This document shows, one piece after another, positions 1 through 8,501 of a stretch of 64,000 nucleotides of DNA. This DNA is from an uncultured Verrucomicrobiae bacterium (GTDB lineage Bacteria > Verrucomicrobiota > Verrucomicrobiia > Limisphaerales > Palsa-1400): assembly GCA_963707025.1 (NCBI GenBank), contig CAVPOM010000004.1:320001-384000 (forward strand). Reading direction: 5' to 3'. Every line of letters starts with the position of its first letter. The stretch's first letter is position 1. Below the pieces are notes generated by a model. The model was not told where the DNA came from. It was given only the letters and a program-made list of their open reading frames with translations, and did no database searches. Both the position numbers and the translations under genes were made by a program.

Positions 1-135
1 CACGGATTAAAGCTGGCCACCTTGGATGATCTGTTGATAGCCAAGCCGTGGGCGGCTGGAACCGCGGAGAATCCGTTGCTGCAACCAGTAAAATCCTGAT
101 CCGTCTCTCTGGCCTGCAGGGAAGGGATCAACCCG

Positions 136-555
136 TCAGTGATCCACTTTTAGGAACGGTCCCAGCGCTTCGATCAACTCCTTGGGCAGGCGTTTGGGCT
201 TTTCATCCGTCGTCGCGCAGATGTGGCGCGTCACCCCTTCGGCCAGCAACGCGCCGCTGGCGTTGAGGATGCGGAAGCCGACGGTGAGCCTGATGCCGCC
301 CATTTCCGTGATCCACAGTTCCAGGGTCAGCAGGTCGTCGTAGCGCGCCGGCCCTTTGTAGGCGATTTCCACGCCGATCACCGGGAAGGCCGTGCCCGCC
401 TCCTGCCATTGCCGCGCCGAGCAGCCGGTCTGGCGCATGAATTCCCCGCGCGCCCCTTCCAGCATGTCGAGGTAGCGCGCGTAATAAACGTGGTTGCCCA
501 CCGTGCATTCCGCATAGACCACCCGGTGCGTGTGTTGAAAGACCGATCCGGCCAT
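136..555 (-). CDS. Acyl-CoA thioesterase, 4HBT/YbgC/FadM hot-dog family
   Basis: HRVVYAECTVGNHVYYARYLDMLEGAR and YKGPARYDD motifs; start taken at the ATG of MAGSVF. Confidence 0.8.
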   Translation of the reverse strand: MAGSVFQHTHRVVYAECTVGNHVYYARYLDMLEGARGEFMRQTGCSARQWQEAGTAFPVIGVEIAYKGPARYDDLLTLELWITEMGGIRLTVGFRILNASGALLAEGVTRHICATTDEKPKRLPKELIEALGPFLKVDH

Positions 556-598
556 AAAAAATTTCGGCGCGCAAAGTAATTCTTTTGCCGCGTCCGCT

Positions 599-3037
599 TT
601 GCTAAACTGTAGCCGTTTGAAATTCGACGAAGCAAGCAAAACACTGGAAGTTTCCGTGCGCGAACTGTCCGGGGAGGAGGGCTTTGGCCGGATCGGCTTC
701 GAGCGCGGCGAAGGCTGGCATCGGCTCGGCCTGGGCGCGGAACTGCACCGCCGCGTTTTGGAGGAGCGCCGCGCGGGCCAGCCGGGCTATCGCAGCGAGG
801 TCCATCTGCAGGCCAGCGTCCCGATGGACGGCTGGACCGCGCTGATCACCGGCCGGCTGGACGGCTGCGTGCGGCAGCCCTCCGGCGCGTGGCTGATCGA
901 GGAGTTCAAATCCACCTTTCTGCCGGGCCAGGAAACACGGCGGGGCGGGGCGGCCTTCGCGCGCCACCAGCGCCAGCTTCTGCTTTACTGCGATCTGTGG
1001 CGCCGGCTGGGAAATTCCCCCGTGCAGGGCCGGCTCGTTTATGTGGACCTGGCCAGCGGGGAAGAATGCGTCGTGCCCGCCGCCTACGACCCGGCGGAGG
1101 CGGAGCGCGGGCTGGAGCGGCGGTTGCGGCAGCTCCTGGCCATCGGCCAGGCCGAGGCGGCCCTGCGCCGCCAAAAAGCCGCCGCCGCCGCCAGCCTGGC
1201 GTTTCCCCACGCCGCTCCCCGGCCCGGCCAGAAAATCATGATGGAGGCGGTGCGGCAGGCGTTGGCGGCGGGTGACAACCTGATCGCCGAAGCCCCCACC
1301 GGCTCGGGCAAAACCGCCGCCAGCCTGCATCCGGCGCTGGCCCACGGACTGGCCGCCGGGCGGCAGGTGTTCTTTCTCACGGCCAAGACCTTGCAGCAAA
1401 CCATGGCCGTTTCCGCCCTGCGCGCCATGAACCCGGACGGCGCCTTCCGCAGTTTGCAGATTCGCGCCAAGGAAAAAATGTGCGCCAACGACCGCGTGCT
1501 CTGTCACGAAGATTTTTGCCCTTACGCCAGGGATTATCCGGAAAAAATGGAGCGGTCCAAAATCCTGGACCGCCTGCGCCGCGGCCATTTCCATTTCGAC
1601 CCCGACGCCGTTTTTGCGGAGGCGAAGAAGGAGCGGGTCTGCCCCTTCGAGGTGCAACTGGAACTGGCGGGCCGGGCCGACGCCATCGTGGCGGATTACA
1701 ATTACGTCTTCGAGCCGGGCGTGGCCTTGCGCCGCCTGGAGCCGGAGGACGAGCCGGTGCTGCTGGTGGACGAAGCGCACAATTTGCCCGACCGCGCGCG
1801 CCAGATCTTCTCGCCGGAACTTCTGGAGGAATCCTGCCGCGCGGCGCAGGACAGCCTCCTGCTGCAAAGCGGCGAATTGTTCGACACCCTTTCCCGAACG
1901 CTCGGCCAGCTCAGCGCGCTGCTGGCCGAAACCGCCGCCGCCGCCCTCCCCGGCCCGATTTCTGAAATTGATCCGCCCATCGAACCCTTGCGCGCGCTCT
2001 GGCAGGTTTGGGAGCCGGCCTTTGTCCGTTACCTGGCGTGGAAGCGCGAGGCCCGGCTGGCGCTGCCGGACGATCCGATTGTTGACATACACTTCGTCTG
2101 GCAGCGCTTTGTCGCCGTTTTGAACCTGTTCGGTCCCGGCTTCACCTGCGTGGTGGAAAACCGGGCCGGCGGAGCGCGGCTGGCCGTGGTGTGCCTGGAT
2201 CCGGCCCGTCCGCTCGCGCCGGTCTTTGCCGCCGCCGCCTCGACCACCCTGCTCTCCGCGACGCTTTCCCCCGTGGAGGTCATCCGCCGCACCCTCGGTT
2301 TGGCGCCGGAGCGGACGCGGGCCCTGTCGCTGCCGCCGCCGTTCCCGCGGGCGAACCGGAAGATCCTGATTTTGCCGCAGGTGGGCACCGCCTTCGCCCA
2401 GCGGGAAAAGAATTTTGCCCCCATCGCCCGGCTGCTGGCGGAGATGTCCGACGCGCAGCCCGGCAACGCGCTGGTTCTTTTTCCCAGCTATCAATTCCTG
2501 GAAAAAGTGGCCGCGCTCCTGCCGGCCACGCGCGCGCAGGTGCGGGTGCAGCGTCCCAACTTTTCCGAAGCGGAGCGCCGCCGGATTTTCCAGGAACTGG
2601 CCGCGCCGCCCCCGCAGGGCCTCCTGCTCCTGGCCGTGCTGGGCGGGATGTATGCCGAAGGGGTGGATTATCCGGGCGAACTTCTTTCCGCCGTTTTCAT
2701 TGTCTCGCCCGCGCTGCCCCAAGTCTCCTTCGAGCGCGAATTGTTGCGCCGCTATTTTGAGGAGACCGAGCAGGCGGGATTTGAGTACGCCTACCTGCAA
2801 CCGGGCATGACCCGTGTCGTGCAGGCGGCGGGCCGTCTGATCCGCGGCGAAACGGATTGCGGCGTGATCGCGCTGCTCTGCCGGCGTTTTCTCCAGGAAC
2901 CCTACGCCAGCCATCTGCCGCGCGATTGGTACGAGCAGTCTCCGGCCGAACTGGCCGCCCCGGACCCGGCCGGCGAAATCCGGAAGTTTTTCGCCGGACA
3001 CCCGGCAAGCCCCGCGCCTCACTTCTTCTTGACATGA
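599..3037 (+). CDS. DinG/XPD-family ATP-dependent DNA helicase with N-terminal PD-(D/E)xK nuclease-like domain
   Basis: EAPTGSGKT, DEAHN, SATL and QAAGRLIR helicase motifs; Fe-S type cysteines (KMC..LC..FC..VCP); N-terminal GRLDG..EEFKST..HQRQL. Confidence 0.85.
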   Translation: MLNCSRLKFDEASKTLEVSVRELSGEEGFGRIGFERGEGWHRLGLGAELHRRVLEERRAGQPGYRSEVHLQASVPMDGWTALITGRLDGCVRQPSGAWLIEEFKSTFLPGQETRRGGAAFARHQRQLLLYCDLWRRLGNSPVQGRLVYVDLASGEECVVPAAYDPAEAERGLERRLRQLLAIGQAEAALRRQKAAAAASLAFPHAAPRPGQKIMMEAVRQALAAGDNLIAEAPTGSGKTAASLHPALAHGLAAGRQVFFLTAKTLQQTMAVSALRAMNPDGAFRSLQIRAKEKMCANDRVLCHEDFCPYARDYPEKMERSKILDRLRRGHFHFDPDAVFAEAKKERVCPFEVQLELAGRADAIVADYNYVFEPGVALRRLEPEDEPVLLVDEAHNLPDRARQIFSPELLEESCRAAQDSLLLQSGELFDTLSRTLGQLSALLAETAAAALPGPISEIDPPIEPLRALWQVWEPAFVRYLAWKREARLALPDDPIVDIHFVWQRFVAVLNLFGPGFTCVVENRAGGARLAVVCLDPARPLAPVFAAAASTTLLSATLSPVEVIRRTLGLAPERTRALSLPPPFPRANRKILILPQVGTAFAQREKNFAPIARLLAEMSDAQPGNALVLFPSYQFLEKVAALLPATRAQVRVQRPNFSEAERRRIFQELAAPPPQGLLLLAVLGGMYAEGVDYPGELLSAVFIVSPALPQVSFERELLRRYFEETEQAGFEYAYLQPGMTRVVQAAGRLIRGETDCGVIALLCRRFLQEPYASHLPRDWYEQSPAELAAPDPAGEIRKFFAGHPASPAPHFFLT

Positions 3038-3474
3038 TCGAAAAACTCCTCCGCCAGGATGTAGCCCGCGCATCCCGGCGCGCCGCAGCGGCACGGATGC
3101 TCCCGATACTCCTCCAGGGTGTAGCCGTAGTTGAAGGTGATTTCCTCGCCCGCCGCGATGTCGCGCCGGGCGGTGATCCAGATGCGCCCGCCGCTCCATT
3201 CCGCCTGGCAATTGGGCGCGCAACTGTGATTGAGCCAGCGGGCCGGATTGGCCTCCGTATTGCCGTCCAGGTCAAATTCATCGTCCAGCGCGAAGATAAA
3301 CCAGTTGCCCGCTTCGCAGCGGCGGAGCGATTCCGCCTTGCTGATTTTCTCGCCGAGGTATTCCACCACGCGCGCGCCCCGGGGCAGGCTGCCCTTGGCG
3401 AAACCGCCCGTGCCGTGAATGGGCGAAGGGCCCAAGGTGAGATGATCCAGGACGGCGCCGGCGGGGTGGTTCAT
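3019..3474 (-). CDS. SET domain protein-lysine methyltransferase-like protein
   Basis: SPIHGTGGFA, RWLNHSCAPN, GEEITFNY and post-SET CRCGAPGC. Confidence 0.9.
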   Translation of the reverse strand: MNHPAGAVLDHLTLGPSPIHGTGGFAKGSLPRGARVVEYLGEKISKAESLRRCEAGNWFIFALDDEFDLDGNTEANPARWLNHSCAPNCQAEWSGGRIWITARRDIAAGEEITFNYGYTLEEYREHPCRCGAPGCAGYILAEEFFDHVKKK

Positions 3475-5012
3475 GATCGCGTCCAGGTTTGCGCGGCCAG
3501 GAAGCGGAAGCGGTCGCGCAGCTCGTTGATGGCCCAGCCTGTAAAGTATGAATTGCAGAACAGGAGTGAGAACACAAAAATCAGCACGACGGTTGGACTC
3601 ATCACCCCGCCCAGGCCGCGGCCCGGCTCCAGCATGGCCCCCAGCGCGGCCAAGGAACTCATCACCAGCAACGGCAGCAGCACCACATAAAAAATCGCCA
3701 GGCCGGCGGCCTTGGCCGGGCTGGCCAGCCGCAGACCCAGGAACAGGCCGACCCAGGAGAGGCTGTATAAATTAACCAACAACCAAAGCACTTCCACCAC
3801 CACGGCGGCTGCCCACCCCATACCGTAGCCCAACCCCGCCCGGCACAAGCCAAGGATCAGAAACCCCAGATCTATCCCCAGGGCAAAGAGCACCGGCCAG
3901 AACAGGCTCCGCTTTAATTCGAGCAGGCAGCCCCGCACAATTTCCTCTTCATCGTACGGCGTGGTGAGCAGCAATTCCAGTTCGCCGCTCCGCCGCTGGC
4001 CGGCCAGCAGGCGGCTGGATTGGGTGGCGGCTTGAAATTTCAAGACGCTGTGCATAAGCAGGATGGTGGCCGGCGCGGCCGGCGCCTTCATCCAGGGGGG
4101 GCCGAGCAGGGCGCCGGCCAGAACGACGGCGCAGATCATCACCAACAAGGCCAGGGTCAAAAGAGGCTTGGCCGGTTCGATCATCCCGGGCGGCAGGTCC
4201 TGGGGCGGATATTTTGTGGGGCCGGGTGAGGCGGCCGGACGCGCCGGAACGGCGTTGGCGGCGCGCGTCCAGGAGCGGGGCACGAGGCAACTGGCGGCGC
4301 CGATCAACAGCCAGCCCAGGGCATGCGGCACCAGCAAGGCCCCGGCCACATCCGGCGCCGCAGCCATGCCCGCCACCGGGCTGAGCGCCGCCATCATGGC
4401 TCCGGCCGGAATCAGCGCCAGGCAAGCCGGGGAGTTGCACATCACCCCCAGGATGGGCAGAAGGGCGCCGAGAACGAGCAAAGCCAGTCCGCCCCAGGCG
4501 GTCGCGGCCTGCTCCCGCCAGACGCACGCGGAAATGAAAATTCCCAGCGCGGCGAAGTAAAACAGAGTGTTGATCAAGCCCAGCGCCACCTTCACCAAGT
4601 CTCCCAGCCCCACGCCGCCCAGGATGATGCAAAACCCGAAGGCCGGGAAGGCCGCCAGCAGGCCATAGAGGGAACGGCTGACCTGCGCCGCCAATTTTCC
4701 CGCGACGATGTCAAACCCGTTCAGGTCGGTCAGGAACAACAGGCCGAGGGTGCCTTCGCGCTTTTCCAGGCTGACACAGTCGCAGGTCAACAAGATGGCC
4801 TGCGCGGCCAGCAACACGTAGCCGCTGCCCGCCAGCAGGCCAAAAACCGCCTGTCCCGCCGAGGCGGTGCTCATCACCCGGTTGAATCCGGCGAAGACAA
4901 ACCCCAGCCCGGCGGCCATGGCCAGCAGGGCGATGAGGCAGCGCGAGTAATAGGTCATGGGCCGGCGGGCGGCGTGGCGCATTTCCAGGCGGGCAATGGG
5001 CAGGAAGTTCAT
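3471..5012 (-). CDS. ABC-2-like permease / multi-pass membrane protein
   Basis: Repeated EKREGTLGLLFLT / RRSGELELLLTTP motifs and many TM segments. Confidence 0.7.
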   Translation of the reverse strand: MNFLPIARLEMRHAARRPMTYYSRCLIALLAMAAGLGFVFAGFNRVMSTASAGQAVFGLLAGSGYVLLAAQAILLTCDCVSLEKREGTLGLLFLTDLNGFDIVAGKLAAQVSRSLYGLLAAFPAFGFCIILGGVGLGDLVKVALGLINTLFYFAALGIFISACVWREQAATAWGGLALLVLGALLPILGVMCNSPACLALIPAGAMMAALSPVAGMAAAPDVAGALLVPHALGWLLIGAASCLVPRSWTRAANAVPARPAASPGPTKYPPQDLPPGMIEPAKPLLTLALLVMICAVVLAGALLGPPWMKAPAAPATILLMHSVLKFQAATQSSRLLAGQRRSGELELLLTTPYDEEEIVRGCLLELKRSLFWPVLFALGIDLGFLILGLCRAGLGYGMGWAAAVVVEVLWLLVNLYSLSWVGLFLGLRLASPAKAAGLAIFYVVLLPLLVMSSLAALGAMLEPGRGLGGVMSPTVVLIFVFSLLFCNSYFTGWAINELRDRFRFLAAQTWTRS

Positions 5013-5015
5013 GGG

Positions 5016-5490
5016 TTACCTTCCGATCGTGCGGATGAAGGACCCAAGATTGAGCATAATTATGATTGACGAAAGGATCAGCCCGGCATAGGCCAGGGCC
5101 GCGGCCCAAAAGACCAGATGGCGCGCCGGATTCCACTGCCGCGGCGCCGACCGCTGATATTGCCGGACCCACCCGTAGCCTTGCAGCGCGGAGAGCAGGA
5201 CCCCCAGGCCCAGCACCAGGCCTGCGGTCGCAGCTCAGCAATACGACCGCCAGCATGAAAGCCACGGCCGCGATGGCAACCCTTTCCGCCCCGGCGCGAG
5301 GCGGCGGCTCGCCCGTTTCATCCGCCAATTGCTGCTGCAACCGCAGGGTCAGGCAGGCCTGCCCCAGGCCAAACAGCGGAACGACTCCCATCAGGCCAAA
5401 GACAAAACAGCGCATGGAACGGCGAATCAACCGCACCCGGTCCACCGACACGGGCGCGGGCAGTTGCGGCGATGGCGGCGCGGGGGTCAT
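5016..5490 (-). pseudogene. Small membrane protein split by a frameshift near 5225 (possible sequencing error)
   Basis: Hydrophobic N-terminal half in the ORF starting at 5490 continues as hydrophobic ORF 5016..5216 in another frame; tightly packed between neighbours. Confidence 0.55.
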
Positions 5491-6689
5491 TTGAATTGGA
5501 AAGGGGCGTTGCTCAAGTGGCTGATAAATTGAAAAACCCCCGCTGCGACCAGCGCGACGCTGGCGGCGTTGAGCAAAACCAGGCCCGTGCTCAGGGCCTG
5601 CGCGGCGGCTTGTTCCAGTTCAAACGCCTTGGCGTCGAGGGAGGCCTGCCATCCCGCCAGGGCGGCAAAAAAGCCGCGCGCGCCGTGCGCGCCGTTGCGG
5701 AGCCGCCAGCGAAACTCACCCGTGTCGTCCAGCAGTTGCACCGCTTCGGTCAACTTGGCGCCCTGGCCCAACCGGGCCGCCGCCTGGCCGGCGCGCCGCG
5801 CGAAAATGCCATTGGCCGTGCTGAGCGCCGCCAGGCGCAAGGCCCGTTCCTCCGGCAGGCCGGCGTCCAGCAACAGCCCCAGCATGGCGGAGAAATCCCG
5901 TTGCAGCCGCTTGCGCCGCCAGGGCACATGCAGGAAAAGCCAGTCGCTCCAGTCGCGCAGCGGGCGCACGCCGGCTTGCAGCCACGAAACAAAGCGCGTG
6001 CCGCCGAACAAAAACAGCGCGCTGCCATAACAGGCCAGCAAGAGCGCCATCTGGGCCAGGAGTAAAAATGGAAACCAGGCCGACAGCGTGTCATAGAGGC
6101 CGCCCGGCTGGATTTTCAGGCCGGCGGCGACGTCGTTGAAGACGGGAAAAACACGGGTGAACAGCATCGGCAGCAGGCCGATCAGCATCGGATTGAGGAC
6201 CAGGCCGAAGGCGACTTGATAATTGATGAGAGCGCGGGTTTGCGAGGTGCCGTCCTGCAAAAGAAGGCGGCAGGCCGGCAGGACGCGGGAGAAGTCGCCC
6301 AGGTTCTGGCCGACCTTCAACATGGCCAGGACTTGGGGCGGGAGCAAGGCCGGAACTTTTTCCAGGGCGGGAACCAGGCCGTGGCCCTGCTCCAGGTACG
6401 CGGCCAGCAAATGAAATCGCACGCCGGGCGAGGCGTCCCGGCAGTTGGCCAGCGAGAGGATGTGATGCTCGATGGATTGGCCCTGCTGCAAGGCGGACTC
6501 AATCAAATCGAGCAGAAAGCGCGCGCCTTCCTGCCGCCGCAGCGGACGGCTGTTGAGATAATAGATGGCCGCCGCCGCCGCGCCGACGGGGAGGAGGACG
6601 GGCAGCAGCCAGCCCTGCACGATTTGCAGGGCGCGGCCGGCGGCCGGGGCGCCCGCCGCCAGCATGGGAAACAGGTTGAAGAAGCTCAT
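5487..6689 (-). CDS. Type II secretion system F / PilC family protein
   Basis: Two F-domain repeats (LLPPQVLAMLKVG; FSAMLGLLLDAGLP). Confidence 0.75.
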   Translation of the reverse strand: MSFFNLFPMLAAGAPAAGRALQIVQGWLLPVLLPVGAAAAAIYYLNSRPLRRQEGARFLLDLIESALQQGQSIEHHILSLANCRDASPGVRFHLLAAYLEQGHGLVPALEKVPALLPPQVLAMLKVGQNLGDFSRVLPACRLLLQDGTSQTRALINYQVAFGLVLNPMLIGLLPMLFTRVFPVFNDVAAGLKIQPGGLYDTLSAWFPFLLLAQMALLLACYGSALFLFGGTRFVSWLQAGVRPLRDWSDWLFLHVPWRRKRLQRDFSAMLGLLLDAGLPEERALRLAALSTANGIFARRAGQAAARLGQGAKLTEAVQLLDDTGEFRWRLRNGAHGARGFFAALAGWQASLDAKAFELEQAAAQALSTGLVLLNAASVALVAAGVFQFISHLSNAPFQFK

Positions 6690-7696
6690 CGGCTTAAAAA
6701 CAGCGGCAACTGGTAGATCATCTGCGCCAGCGGATACATTTGCGCCAGGATGACCAGCCCCAAAAACAGGAGCGAGGCCGGCAGCGCCGCATAGAGCAGG
6801 ACATTGGAGCGATAGGCCGCCCGGGCGTGATAGACCTGGGCGGCCCGTTCAAATCCCGCCGCCAAATTCTCGCCCGCCCCCGCCACCAGCCAGACAAACA
6901 TCGGCGGAAAAATCTTGCCGCCCGCCGCCACCTCGGTGAATTTCCCGCGGCCCTCGGCGCAGCGCGCCTGCCACCGGCCCAGTTCCGCGGCGGCGCGGGT
7001 CCCGCCTTCCATTTTTTCCAGCAACCCCAGCGCCTCGCTCAAGGAACACCCGGCCTTGAGCAGAATGGCCATGGTGGAAGCCAGGCGGGCCAGGCTGGCT
7101 TCGCGGAAGGCGGGCAGGCGCCATTGCAATTCGCGCCGCCATCCGGGCAGCACGGCGACTGCCAGGGCCGGCAGGGCCAGGGCGGCCAGCAGCGCCGCCG
7201 GCGCCCACAAGCACGGCGCGCCGGGGGAGAGCGGCTGGAAGGGAGAACGGGCGCTGAAAATCAATCCCCGCGTGACGCTGCCATCCAGGGCCAGCATGGA
7301 GGAGATTTTCCCAAAAAGAACGGCGAGCCAGACGGAAAAGCCCGCCGAGAGCGTCAGGACAATCGCCGGATAAACCAGCAACCCTTTGAGCCGGGTCCAA
7401 ACCAGATTGGCGTTTTGATAATAATCGGCCAGCAAGGTGAGCAAGCCGGGCAGATCGTGGCCGCGCGCGCCGATTTGCAGCATCATCCCGTAAAAGGCCG
7501 GCAGATTGCGCCGCGCCACCGCCTGGTCCAGCGGCGCGCCGGCGGCCAGATCGGTTTCCAGCAATTGCAATTCGGCGCGCAAGCGGCCTTGCTGCATGGT
7601 GGCGCACAACTGGCGCAAGCTGCCCTCCAGCGGCAGGCCCTCGCGCAGCATGACCGCCAGTTGCTGATTCACAAATGCCAGTTCGTCGTATTTCAT
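6686..7696 (-). CDS. Type II secretion system F / PilC family protein
   Basis: QLAVMLREGLPL, LLVYPAIV, STMAILLKAG, FPPMFVWLV motifs. Confidence 0.85.
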   Translation of the reverse strand: MKYDELAFVNQQLAVMLREGLPLEGSLRQLCATMQQGRLRAELQLLETDLAAGAPLDQAVARRNLPAFYGMMLQIGARGHDLPGLLTLLADYYQNANLVWTRLKGLLVYPAIVLTLSAGFSVWLAVLFGKISSMLALDGSVTRGLIFSARSPFQPLSPGAPCLWAPAALLAALALPALAVAVLPGWRRELQWRLPAFREASLARLASTMAILLKAGCSLSEALGLLEKMEGGTRAAAELGRWQARCAEGRGKFTEVAAGGKIFPPMFVWLVAGAGENLAAGFERAAQVYHARAAYRSNVLLYAALPASLLFLGLVILAQMYPLAQMIYQLPLFLSR

Positions 7697-7833
7697 CCCT
7701 TAGGAAAGGGGTTCGACTATAACTTTGTCTTTCTTTTGCAATTTCATAGCAGGCCCGCTGCAAGAGACTTTTCTCCACCGCCAGGCCATCGTTATTTCTT
7801 GCGGCGTTTGAATGGGAGGTTCTGAAACGGTCC

Positions 7834-8118
7834 TCATGCATTCACCAATTGGATGACGAGGTTTTTGCCGAGGGCGTGCGCGACACGCTGGATGGTGGAG
7901 AGGCGCACGTCTTGCGCGTGGTTCTCCAGCCGCGAGATGGCGGATTTTCTCGTCTTGGTGCGTTGGGCGAGGGCTTCCTGGGTAATGCCTGCCTGCTCGC
8001 GGGCCTGGCGCAGGAGAACGCCCACTTTGAATTCCTGATAGCCGCTGTCAAAGTTTTCCGAGAATTTCTTGTCAGTGCGTTTGCGGCGGCTGATGTATTT
8101 GTCGAGGTCGTCTTTCAT
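7834..8118 (-). CDS. XRE-family HTH antitoxin (HigA-like)
   Basis: LRQAREQAGITQEALA..KSAISRLEN; 4-nt overlap with the upstream toxin. Confidence 0.85.
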   Translation of the reverse strand: MKDDLDKYISRRKRTDKKFSENFDSGYQEFKVGVLLRQAREQAGITQEALAQRTKTRKSAISRLENHAQDVRLSTIQRVAHALGKNLVIQLVNA

Positions 8119-8468
8119 CGTCTGGCCTTTCGGTTGAGGGAATCGCGCCGCCGTTGTGCGGCGAGTTCGATTTCCCGGCTCGGTGTTTTCTGTGTCTTCT
8201 TCGCAAATCCGTTGGTCAAAATGATCAGATTTCCCGAGTCCCAAAAGCCCAGGAGACGGAACGCATTGCCGCCAAATTCCGCGCGAACTTCCCAAAGCTC
8301 GTCCCCGCCCTCAAGTTTCTTCAAGTATTGCCTCGGCACCCTCGGCATTTCTTTCACCAATTTAAGAACCCAGGCCACTTTCTGCGCCTGCTTCGGGTCA
8401 AGCCTGTCGAGAAATTCTTCCACCGGGCAATTCCCAGTGTCGTTGCGGTAGAATCGAATTTCGCGCAT
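8115..8468 (-). CDS. RelE/HigB (Gp49-like) toxin
   Basis: GNCPVEEFL, LWEVR, LTNGFAKKTQKTP..EIELA. Confidence 0.9.
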   Translation of the reverse strand: MREIRFYRNDTGNCPVEEFLDRLDPKQAQKVAWVLKLVKEMPRVPRQYLKKLEGGDELWEVRAEFGGNAFRLLGFWDSGNLIILTNGFAKKTQKTPSREIELAAQRRRDSLNRKARR

Positions 8469-8501
8469 GACAGGGAAGTTAGCATATTTGTGAACCTCTC
8501 G

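Noticed and set aside
7697..7833. Remnant of an upstream gene truncated by the HigBA module
   Set aside because: Short open stretch with no family I can identify.
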